Translations under genes and position numbers: made by a program
Shown here: in pieces, positions 56,288-64,000 of the stretch
Layout of the letters: each line of letters starts with the position of its first letter
Position numbering within the stretch: position 1 is the stretch's first letter
Notes under the pieces: model-generated
Database searches by the model: none
What the model was told of the DNA's origin: nothing
What the model saw: the letters and a program-made list of their open reading frames with translations, nothing else
NCBI GenBank assembly: GCA_963674965.2
Contig: CAXXFL010000001.1
Coordinates: 320,001 to 384,000 of the forward strand
DNA: 64,000 nucleotides
Direction: 5' to 3'
Source of the DNA: a bacterium
GTDB taxonomy: Bacteria > RBG-13-61-14 > DATKZS01

Positions 56288-57682
56288 ATGGATTTACTTC
56301 TTTATACCTCCGTGGACCCGTTCAGTTATCAGATCATACCGGACCTGGGTCTCATGTACGTGGCGGCGGCGGCTCGCGGCTCGGGCTTCGGCGTCGCGAT
56401 CAAGGACTGCCGCAAGGAGGGCTGGGACGCGAGACGGGCGGGTGACCACGCGGGCCGGGAGAAGCCTCTGGTGGTGGGCGTCAAGAGCTACTCGAACGAG
56501 GCCTCGCGTACCTCGGAGATGGCGGCCGAGATCAGGCGGTCCCTGCCCGGGGCGGTCATCATCATGGGCGGTCCTTATCCGTCCATGGACCCGGCGGACG
56601 TTCTGGCCCGTTCTCCGGAGGTTGATTACGCCTTTATGGGGGAGGCGGAAAAGAGCCTTCCCCTTTTTATGGAGTGGGTCAAGGCGGGCCGGGCGGGCGA
56701 GCCCCCCTCCAGCGTGGCCGGCGTGGCCTACAGAAAAGACGGGCGGACGGTCGTCCGTCCACCCGAGTTCCACCGGGACCTCGAGGACCTTCCCCTCCCG
56801 GCCTGGGACCTGATGCCTCCCGAGAAGTACCCGGACGAGGCGGCGGGCATATTCACGCCCGGCTTTCCGGCCGCCCCCATGATGCTCTCGAGGGGATGCC
56901 CCTTCCAGTGCGCCTATTGCGGCGGTCGCTACGTCATGGGTCCCCGCATCAGGTACCGGCCGGCGGCAAGCGTCATCCGGGAGATCGACCTTTTACAAAA
57001 AGAGCACGGCGTCAAGTCGGTCACCTTCGTGGACGACGGCTTCACCACCTCGAGGGAGAGGGCGATCGAGCTGTTCCAGGCCCTGGCCGGGCGCGAGCGA
57101 AAGATCGGCTTCACCTTTCCCAACGGGGTGCGGGCCGACAGCCTGGACCCGGAGATGGTGAGGCTGATGGAAAAGGCCGGCTGCTATTCCCTGGCCCTGG
57201 GGATCGAAAGCGGCTCGGACGAGACCTTGAAGCGGATGAGGAAGCGGCAGACCGTGGAGGGGGTCAGAAAGACGGTCGAGATGATAAGACGCGAGTCGTC
57301 CATACGGGTGACGGGGTTCTTCATTCTCGGCTACCCCGGCGAGAGCCTGGCCGACGTGCGGGAAACCATCAGGTTCGCCGCCGGACTGCCCATCCATCAC
57401 GCCCACTTCTGTCTTTTCATTCCCGTGCCGGGGACCCCCGTCCACGAGGAGTTGCTCGAGAAAGGCTGGATATCGGACCGCTACTGCGACCCCGAGGACC
57501 TGACCATCGACCGGGCCGGGACCGAGCTTCCCGGCCTTCCCACCCGGAAGCTCCTGCGTCTCCACCAATACGCCTACCTGCGTTTCTACTCGTCCCCCTG
57601 GCGGGCGCTGAACCTGGTCCTCCAGCTTCACGGCGGCGGCCATTTCAAGGTCATCCTTCGAAGGTTCTTAAAGCTGTTCTGA
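56288..57682 (+). CDS. B12-binding-domain radical SAM protein
   Basis: DLGLMYVAA, IMGGPYP, GEAE, LPLPAWDL, SRGCPFQCAYC, FVDD, LGIESG, FILGYPGE, PVPGT. Confidence 0.9.
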   Translation: MDLLLYTSVDPFSYQIIPDLGLMYVAAAARGSGFGVAIKDCRKEGWDARRAGDHAGREKPLVVGVKSYSNEASRTSEMAAEIRRSLPGAVIIMGGPYPSMDPADVLARSPEVDYAFMGEAEKSLPLFMEWVKAGRAGEPPSSVAGVAYRKDGRTVVRPPEFHRDLEDLPLPAWDLMPPEKYPDEAAGIFTPGFPAAPMMLSRGCPFQCAYCGGRYVMGPRIRYRPAASVIREIDLLQKEHGVKSVTFVDDGFTTSRERAIELFQALAGRERKIGFTFPNGVRADSLDPEMVRLMEKAGCYSLALGIESGSDETLKRMRKRQTVEGVRKTVEMIRRESSIRVTGFFILGYPGESLADVRETIRFAAGLPIHHAHFCLFIPVPGTPVHEELLEKGWISDRYCDPEDLTIDRAGTELPGLPTRKLLRLHQYAYLRFYSSPWRALNLVLQLHGGGHFKVILRRFLKLF

Positions 57683-57709
57683 AAAGAGAGCGCCAAGGCC
57701 CCCGCCCGA

Positions 57710-58696
57710 TTATTCCCGATCTTTTTCGCCCACGACTTTGGAGACGACCGGCTCGGCCAGCATCCCGGCCAGTATCCGGTTGGCCCTTTCATTCGGATGG
57801 AAATCGGACTGGCTCACCACCAGGTCCGAGGCGCCGGTCTGCTGGAACTCGGCAAGCGGATCGACCCAGGTGACGCCCATTTTATCCAGCGCCTGGTGGA
57901 GGCGGCCCCTTTCCTCGGCGAAAAGGTCCTCATCGTCGAGAAAAGGATAGGATACGGCCACGAGGGGAGTCCCGGCCTCGCGGCAGGTGGAGACGACTTT
58001 ATCGAGGTCGCCGATAAACGTCGGCCAGTACTCGCCGTCCGGGTCGTACATCTCGGACACGTGGAGGAAGAAGAGGCGGTTGATCTCCCTGGCCAGCGGC
58101 CCCGCCATGAGCGGCTTTAAAAAGGAGACCTTCGCCCACCGGGAGTTCTTCCAGGCCTCGATCTTTTCCGAGCGAGGAACGAAAGGCTCGCGCTCGGGGT
58201 CGTTTATCTCGGTTATAACCAGGACGACGAGGTCGGGACGAAGGGAAAGAACGCGCGGCTTGAGGACGATGAGGTAGTCCTTCATATTGTAGCCGCGGAC
58301 CCCGGCGTTGATGACCTCCCATTTTTCGTCCGGATGTTTTTGGGCGAGGACACGGCCCAAAATAACGGGTATGGTCGAGTCCTCCTCCACCCCCTGGCCG
58401 AAAACCACCGAGTCGCCCAGGACGACCACGCGGCGGGCGCCCGCCTTCTCGCGTGAAATCTCGGCCCCCCTGTAACCGAGGGAGTCGATCCGTACAGAGA
58501 CGCCGTTCAACGCGCCCTCCATGCCCGGCGCGTGCTCATGGGCCAGCCCGGGCATGGACCCGGGCCGGTAGAACCCGGGAGTATCGGGAACGCCCGCCGT
58601 TGGCCCGCTTATCGACGCGAGGTAAATAATAAAGGCCGCGGCGAGGGCGGCGGTGAAAACAAGGGCGGCAAACGTGATTTTACGGCTTCTTTTCAT
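57710..58696 (-). CDS. Membrane-anchored SGNH/GDSL hydrolase
   Basis: N-terminal TM; LGDSVVFG, NAGVRGY, IND, DFHPN catalytic blocks. Confidence 0.85.
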   Translation of the reverse strand: MKRSRKITFAALVFTAALAAAFIIYLASISGPTAGVPDTPGFYRPGSMPGLAHEHAPGMEGALNGVSVRIDSLGYRGAEISREKAGARRVVVLGDSVVFGQGVEEDSTIPVILGRVLAQKHPDEKWEVINAGVRGYNMKDYLIVLKPRVLSLRPDLVVLVITEINDPEREPFVPRSEKIEAWKNSRWAKVSFLKPLMAGPLAREINRLFFLHVSEMYDPDGEYWPTFIGDLDKVVSTCREAGTPLVAVSYPFLDDEDLFAEERGRLHQALDKMGVTWVDPLAEFQQTGASDLVVSQSDFHPNERANRILAGMLAEPVVSKVVGEKDRE

Positions 58697-58871
58697 CTTC
58701 GGTTGGTTGTATACCAGCCGCCAAAGGCCAGGTCAAGAATTGGTACTTTTTTTTAAAAACATTCGCCCGCCGACGGAACGAGTCTCCAGACGCCTCCGTT
58801 CCTGGAGCGGCGCCGCGCGTTGGAGGTGGAGGGGGGCTTGGTGTTATCATCATCGCTGAAAGGAGTGACGC

Positions 58872-60461
58872 GTGTTTTCGAGGAATTCCAGCGACGAGGA
58901 GATAGCGGCCCGGATTCCGGCCACCATGGGGACTCAGCATCCGGACAACTCGAAGGTGGTCCCCTTTGGCGACGACCTGATACCGGCGGGAACCAGCAGG
59001 AAGGTCCCCTTTAACCTCGAGCCGCTCGAGGTCCACTACAACTTTTCCGAGTTGGGGATCGACGAGGTAATGATCGACTTCGAGGGCAAGGTCGGCCATC
59101 CCGCTCCCCTGGCCTCGATCGTCGAGTTCGACCCGGACTTTTACGAGCGCAACCCGATCGGCTCGGACGTTTTCGTCACGCCCCGCGTTCCCAACCCGGC
59201 CAAGTCGGGAGCGGACCCCATCTTCGAGCAGAGCCTGGGGCCCTTCCTCAACTCCCTGGTGGTGAACCTCCACCGCCGGGGTTGGAAGGGGCAGCCGATT
59301 CGGGAGTTCGTTCTTCCCCAGGTCTCGGGCGGCGAGATGGTGGCCCGCATCGAGAGGCGTCTGCTCGATCATTACGAGCGCTACAAGTCCGAGTACCATG
59401 AGGACTTCCCCGATAAAGATTTTCCCTTCTCGGGAGATTTTTTCGTCTGGGGCGTTCCTCTCATCGAGGAGGTCGAGATACTTTCGGACCCGCGCCGGGT
59501 CTGGGACGAGCTGGTTCAAAAGCGCAAGGAGTACACGGGCAAGGACACCTATTTTATCCGGACCTTCGACGCCAGGAGCGATCCCGCCCTGCAGGCGGGC
59601 ATGGTAAGCGCGATCCTTTCCATTTCCCTTTGCGTCTCGCGGGGCATGCAGTACGAGAAGGAAAAAGGGATAAGGGTCCTTCACATCCTGGGGGCGGGGT
59701 CGGCTCCTTTCCGGGGCGGGGCCATGCCCTTCGACGCGGACAAATTCCTCGAGACCTACCCGGGCATAAGCACTTTGACCCTGCAATCGGCCTTCCGCTA
59801 CGACTGGCCCCAGTCGGTGGTCCGGGACGAGGCTCGGGACCTGCGCTGCAAGATAAGGGAGCGCTGGCTGAAAAGACGCGAACTGGTAAGGGTGTTCGGC
59901 GAGGAGGAGGCGGAACTCCTGACGAGGGTCATGGCGGCTTTCAAGAACGGGTATGCGCGGTCGGTAAGCGAGTTGGCCCAGCCGGCGCTGGAGGTCGCCT
60001 CCCGCGTCCCCTCTCACCGCGACCGGACCAAGTTCAAAGGGACCGGGGGCTACGGCCGCGACGTGATGGGGACCAGGTTCCCCCGAGCGATAAAGTACAC
60101 CTCGTCCTTTACCAGCCTGGGCGTTCCCCCCGGGCTCCTGGGCCTGGGCGCGCTAAAGGACCTGGACGAGGAATCGATCAAGGCGGCCGAGCGGGCCAAT
60201 TCCATGATCCGGTACTGGGTGGGCAGGTCTCTTCTTCTTCTCAACGAGGACAACCTCGCCCGGCTGCACAAGAAGTACAAGATACCGGGCGTTCTGGAGG
60301 ACGTGGAGGCGGCCAAGAGCTGGGCCGAGGTCCTTGCCCGCGAGACGAGCCACCGCAACCATCACGCCCTGACCTCGGAAATCCTGGACCGGATGCTCTC
60401 CGGCCGCGACTACGTCCGGCCCCTTCTCGAGGCCGCCGAGGAGAGGCGCTACCTGGGCTGA
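58872..60461 (+). CDS. ppcA: Archaeal-type phosphoenolpyruvate carboxylase
   Basis: IPATMGTQHPDN, DFEGK, TPRVPNP, ARSDPAL, ILGAGSAPFRG, QSAFRYD, PRAI..SLGVPP; about 530 aa. Confidence 0.87.
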   Translation: MFSRNSSDEEIAARIPATMGTQHPDNSKVVPFGDDLIPAGTSRKVPFNLEPLEVHYNFSELGIDEVMIDFEGKVGHPAPLASIVEFDPDFYERNPIGSDVFVTPRVPNPAKSGADPIFEQSLGPFLNSLVVNLHRRGWKGQPIREFVLPQVSGGEMVARIERRLLDHYERYKSEYHEDFPDKDFPFSGDFFVWGVPLIEEVEILSDPRRVWDELVQKRKEYTGKDTYFIRTFDARSDPALQAGMVSAILSISLCVSRGMQYEKEKGIRVLHILGAGSAPFRGGAMPFDADKFLETYPGISTLTLQSAFRYDWPQSVVRDEARDLRCKIRERWLKRRELVRVFGEEEAELLTRVMAAFKNGYARSVSELAQPALEVASRVPSHRDRTKFKGTGGYGRDVMGTRFPRAIKYTSSFTSLGVPPGLLGLGALKDLDEESIKAAERANSMIRYWVGRSLLLLNEDNLARLHKKYKIPGVLEDVEAAKSWAEVLARETSHRNHHALTSEILDRMLSGRDYVRPLLEAAEERRYLG

Positions 60462-60496
60462 GCGTTCCCGATTTTAATCGGCCGCAAGGCGGTCCT

Positions 60497-61867
60497 TCAA
60501 GTGACCTCCGCGATGGAGTCGAGGGTGACGCTCATGATCTTGTCCAGCTCTTCGTCGGAAACGCAAAGGGGGGGCATGATAATGACCACGTCGCCGAGGG
60601 GCCTTATAATAAGGCCTTTTTCGCGGGCGGCCAGGATGACTTTCCTTCCCATCATGAGGGACGCGTCGTAAGGGGCGCGGGTCTTTTTATCCTGGACAAG
60701 CTCGATCCCCATCATGAGGCCTGCCCGCCTGGTCTGGCCCACGCTCTCGAGGGCCGAGATTTTCTCGAGCCATGCTCCCGCCGTCCTGGCCCTTTTTCTC
60801 ACGTTATCGACGATCTTGTTTTTCTCGAAAAGATCGAGTGACGCGAGAGACGCGGCGCAGGCGAGCTGGTTGGCGGTGTAGGAATGTCCGTGGAAAAAGG
60901 TGTTCGTGGAATGGGTCTCGCCCCGGAAGGCGTCGAAGACCTTCTCGGTGGCCATGGTGGCGGCGATGGGCAGGTATCCGCCGGACAGGCCCTTGCCCAC
61001 GGCCATAAGGTCCGGCGTTACGCCTTCCCCGTCGCAGGCGAACATGTGGCCGGTCCTGCCGAAGCCCGCGGCCACCTCGTCGGCCACCATCAGGACGTCG
61101 TGCTTGTCGCATAAATCTCTGACGGCCTTCACGTAGCCGCCGGGCTGGGTCACCATGCCGGCGGCCCCCTGCACCACCGGCTCGATCACCACCGCCGCCA
61201 CTCTTTCTTGCTTCTCGGCGAGTATCTCCTCGAGCGCGCCTGTGCAGCCCGAGCCGTTCCGGCATTCCCCGGCTCGATCGGGCAGCGGGCAGCGGTAGCA
61301 ATAGGGCGCGGGCGCGACGGCGGTCCGAAACAGGAGGTCCCGGTAGGTGGCGTGGAAAAGGTCCATTCCGCCCACGCTCACCGAGCCGATGGTGTCGCCA
61401 TGGTAGGCGTTCGAGAGCTTGACGAAAAAGGCGGCCTCATGGCGGGGCGGGTCCACCTGCCGCCAGTACTGGTAGGCCATCTTTATGGCTATCTCCATGG
61501 CCGTGGACCCGTCGTCCGAGAAGAAGACCCTGGTCAGCCCCCTCGGTGAGATATCCACCAGCCTCTCGGCCAGCTCGATCCCGGGGGGATGGCTCTGGCC
61601 CAGGTAGGTCGAGTGGGAAATCCGATCGAGTTGCGCCTTGACCGCGTCGTCGATCTCCTTCCTGCGATGGCCGTGGACGTTGAGCCACAATGAGCTTACG
61701 CCGTCAATATACTTCTTGCCGTCGGCGTCGAAAAGGTATACGCCCTCCCCCGCGACGATGACGGGGAAATCCTCCTTGTCCCACAGGTTGTGCTGGGTAA
61801 AGGGGTGCCATAAGACGGCCCGGTCCCGTTCCCGCCAGGCGGCGGAGCCTTCATTACTCGCGGCCAT
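60497..61867 (-). CDS. bioA: Adenosylmethionine-8-amino-7-oxononanoate transaminase
   Basis: LWHPFTQ, DGVSSLW, SDDGSTAME, YHGDT, DEVAAGFGRTG, GKGLSGGY, HGHSYT, IRPLG. Confidence 0.94.
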   Translation of the reverse strand: MAASNEGSAAWRERDRAVLWHPFTQHNLWDKEDFPVIVAGEGVYLFDADGKKYIDGVSSLWLNVHGHRRKEIDDAVKAQLDRISHSTYLGQSHPPGIELAERLVDISPRGLTRVFFSDDGSTAMEIAIKMAYQYWRQVDPPRHEAAFFVKLSNAYHGDTIGSVSVGGMDLFHATYRDLLFRTAVAPAPYCYRCPLPDRAGECRNGSGCTGALEEILAEKQERVAAVVIEPVVQGAAGMVTQPGGYVKAVRDLCDKHDVLMVADEVAAGFGRTGHMFACDGEGVTPDLMAVGKGLSGGYLPIAATMATEKVFDAFRGETHSTNTFFHGHSYTANQLACAASLASLDLFEKNKIVDNVRKRARTAGAWLEKISALESVGQTRRAGLMMGIELVQDKKTRAPYDASLMMGRKVILAAREKGLIIRPLGDVVIIMPPLCVSDEELDKIMSVTLDSIAEVT

Positions 61868-63023
61868 TCAATACCTCGCTCAAAGCCTCGATCAGTTCGT
61901 TCACCTGTTTTTCCGTATGAAGGGCGGAGAAGGTCATCCTCAAGCGGGACGACCCCGCGGGCACGGTGGGCGGTCTTATTCCCTGCACGTAAATGCCCTT
62001 CTCGAGCAAGGACTCGCAGGCCCGCATGGTGAGGACCGGGTCGCCGATTATGGCGGGCACGATGGCCGCTCGGGAACCTCCCGTGGGTATGCCCATGACG
62101 TCCATGGCCGACCTGACCCGCTCGGCGCCGGCCAGGGCCTTCTCCCGCCGCCAGGGTTCCTCGCGGACCAGGCGCAGGGCCTCTAGGGCCGTCGCCGCCA
62201 TGAGGGGCGAGGGACCGGTGGTAAAGATGAAGGTCCGGGACCGGTTCACCAGGTAGTCCGTGAGCCGGGCCGATCCGCAAAGGAAGGCCCCCGACCCGCC
62301 CAGGGCCTTGCCCAGGGTACCCATCAAGACGTCAACCTCGCCGCCGCCGACGCCGAAGTACTCGAGTCCTCCCTTGCCTTCCGCGCCCAAAACGCCCGTG
62401 GCGTGGGCGTCGTCCACCACCAGGGCCGCGCCGTGTTTTCTCGAGACCTCGAGAATCTCGGGCAAGGGAGCCAGGTCTCCCTCCATGCTGAAAAGGCTCT
62501 CGGTGACGACTATCTTTCTCGCGTCCTTGCCCACCTTGGCCAGGCGCTTGTCCAGGTGCTCGGGATCGCAGTGGTTGTAGATTTCCGTCCTCGCCCCGGC
62601 CAGGCGGCAACCGTCGATGACCGAGGCGTGGTTGAGAGCGTCGGAAAAAACCACGTCCCCCTTGCCGGCCAGGGTCGGTATTATGCCGAGGTTGGCGTGA
62701 TAGCCGGAGGTGTAGACCAGGGCCGCCTCGGTCCCCTTGAAACGAGCCAACTCCCGCTCGAGGTCGCAAAGCACGCGGAGGTTGCCGGCGATGAGGCGGG
62801 AAGAGCCCGAGCCCGTTCCCCACCGGAGAGCCGCCGCCCGGGCCGCGTTGGCCAGCCTAGGGTCGGAGGCCAGGCCCAGGTAGTCGTTCGAGCAGAAGTT
62901 GACCACCTTTTGGCCGTCCAACTCGATCACCGCCCCCTGCGGGGTCTCCATCTCCCGCAGCTTACGAAGGAGCCCTTGCTCCTCGATCTTCCTTAACTCC
63001 TCATCCAGCCAGTCCAGGCTCAT
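61854..63023 (-). CDS. bioF: 8-amino-7-oxononanoate synthase
   Basis: FCSNDYLGL, GSGSSRL, DALNHASVIDG, FSMEGD, DDAHATG, GTLGKA, IRPPTVP. Confidence 0.94.
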   Translation of the reverse strand: MSLDWLDEELRKIEEQGLLRKLREMETPQGAVIELDGQKVVNFCSNDYLGLASDPRLANAARAAALRWGTGSGSSRLIAGNLRVLCDLERELARFKGTEAALVYTSGYHANLGIIPTLAGKGDVVFSDALNHASVIDGCRLAGARTEIYNHCDPEHLDKRLAKVGKDARKIVVTESLFSMEGDLAPLPEILEVSRKHGAALVVDDAHATGVLGAEGKGGLEYFGVGGGEVDVLMGTLGKALGGSGAFLCGSARLTDYLVNRSRTFIFTTGPSPLMAATALEALRLVREEPWRREKALAGAERVRSAMDVMGIPTGGSRAAIVPAIIGDPVLTMRACESLLEKGIYVQGIRPPTVPAGSSRLRMTFSALHTEKQVNELIEALSEVLNGRE

Positions 63024-64000
63024 AACGCGCCGGGCTCCATTCCCAGGTCTTCTATCATTTGCAGGTCCTCCTTGGGGTCTCGACCGGAGGTCGTAAGGTA
63101 ATTGCCTATCATCAGGCCGTTGGCCCCGGCCTCGAAGACCAGGGCCTGAAGGTCGCGAAGGTTCACTTCCCTGCCCCCGCAAATGATGATCCTGGCCCTG
63201 GGCGAGACCAGGCGGAGCATGGCTATGGTAAGGAGGGCCTCGAGGGGTACAATACCCGGGGCCTTCTTCGCCATGGGCGTGCCGGGGATGGGGTTAAGGA
63301 AGTTCACCGGTATCGAGGCGACCTCGAGGTCCCTCAGTAAAAGGGCCAGCTCGACGCGCTCCTCGAAGCTCTCTCCAAGGCCGAATATGCCGCCCGAGCA
63401 GGTTTTGATTCCCTTTTCCCCGGCCGCCCGGACCGCCTGAACGTCCTCCTCGTAATCGTGGGTCGTACAGATTTGGGGGAAAAACGACCGGGAGGTCTCG
63501 AGGTTGTGATGATATCGGGAGAGACCAGCGTCGATCCATTTATCGAGCGTCTCGGGGGAGACCATTCCGGGGGAGACGCACGGGTTGATCCCTATTTTCC
63601 TTATGCCCTCGATGGCCCTGGCCACCTGGTCGATCTCGTGGGCGGCGGTAATACCTTTTCCGGAGGTCACGATCGAGAACTCGCTCGCGCCGTTTTCCCG
63701 CGCGCTTTTGGCGGCCTCGATCAATTCCTCGGCCGGGAGGAGTGGATGCGTCTTTACCCCGGTTTTATGGGCGGACGACTGGGCGCAAAAAGCGCAGTCC
63801 TCCGAGCAAAGGCCAGACTTGGCGTTCACGATCGAGCAAAGCATGACCTTGTTGCCGGAAAGGTTTCGCCGCATAAGGGAGGTCAGGGGAAGCAGGGAGA
63901 AGGCGTCGCGGCCCTTAATTTTTCCGAGCGCAAGGGCTACCTCCCGCGCTATTCCGTCCGATCCGGGCACAAGATTGGCGGCCAAGTCGTGAAAGCGGGA
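63020..64000 (-). CDS. bioB: Biotin synthase (5' end probably beyond the window)
   Basis: NAKSGLCSEDCAFCAQS, YHHNLETS, CSGGIFGLGE, IPVNFL, GGRE, GNYLTT; frame open to the window edge. Confidence 0.93.
   Translation of the reverse strand, partial: SRFHDLAANLVPGSDGIAREVALALGKIKGRDAFSLLPLTSLMRRNLSGNKVMLCSIVNAKSGLCSEDCAFCAQSSAHKTGVKTHPLLPAEELIEAAKSARENGASEFSIVTSGKGITAAHEIDQVARAIEGIRKIGINPCVSPGMVSPETLDKWIDAGLSRYHHNLETSRSFFPQICTTHDYEEDVQAVRAAGEKGIKTCSGGIFGLGESFEERVELALLLRDLEVASIPVNFLNPIPGTPMAKKAPGIVPLEALLTIAMLRLVSPRARIIICGGREVNLRDLQALVFEAGANGLMIGNYLTTSGRDPKEDLQMIEDLGMEPGAL

Overview
High-GC (roughly 60-65% by eye) bacterial chromosomal segment that looks deltaproteobacterial (Desulfobacterota/Myxococcota-like) and probably anaerobic. 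Housekeeping content: an HD-GYP response regulator, a large TPR/acidic scaffold, a multi-LysM lytic transglycosylase, archaeal-type aroA'/aroB', a YbhGFS-like ABC exporter, a porin, murJ, ogt, two FmdB zinc-ribbon genes, the hemC-cobA/hemD-ahbC-hemB-ahbD-ahbA-ahbB alternative heme cluster, a surface-glycan-modification group, archaeal-type PEP carboxylase and bioB-bioF-bioA. Mobile and repeat DNA: an intact IS481-family element inserted into a REP-like hairpin inside the heme cluster, a decayed IS1380-family element, and a second REP/MITE-like palindrome. The best candidate for an uncharacterised system is a nine-gene minus-strand cluster (44761-56067). It joins a PspA/Vipp1 (ESCRT-III-like) protein and a Vps4/Cdc48-clade AAA+ ATPase with a NitT/TauT-type ABC transporter, three solute-binding proteins (two fused to OmpA-like domains), a secreted VWA protein and a 2-TM coiled-coil protein. 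Other signals: strong host-specific over-representation of the palindrome CTCGAG (absent from both IS elements), a probable UGA/SECIS selenoprotein, and a TetR-operator-controlled radical SAM operon. All calls come from reading motifs by eye; no database searches were run. I recognised no rRNA, tRNA or CRISPR array.
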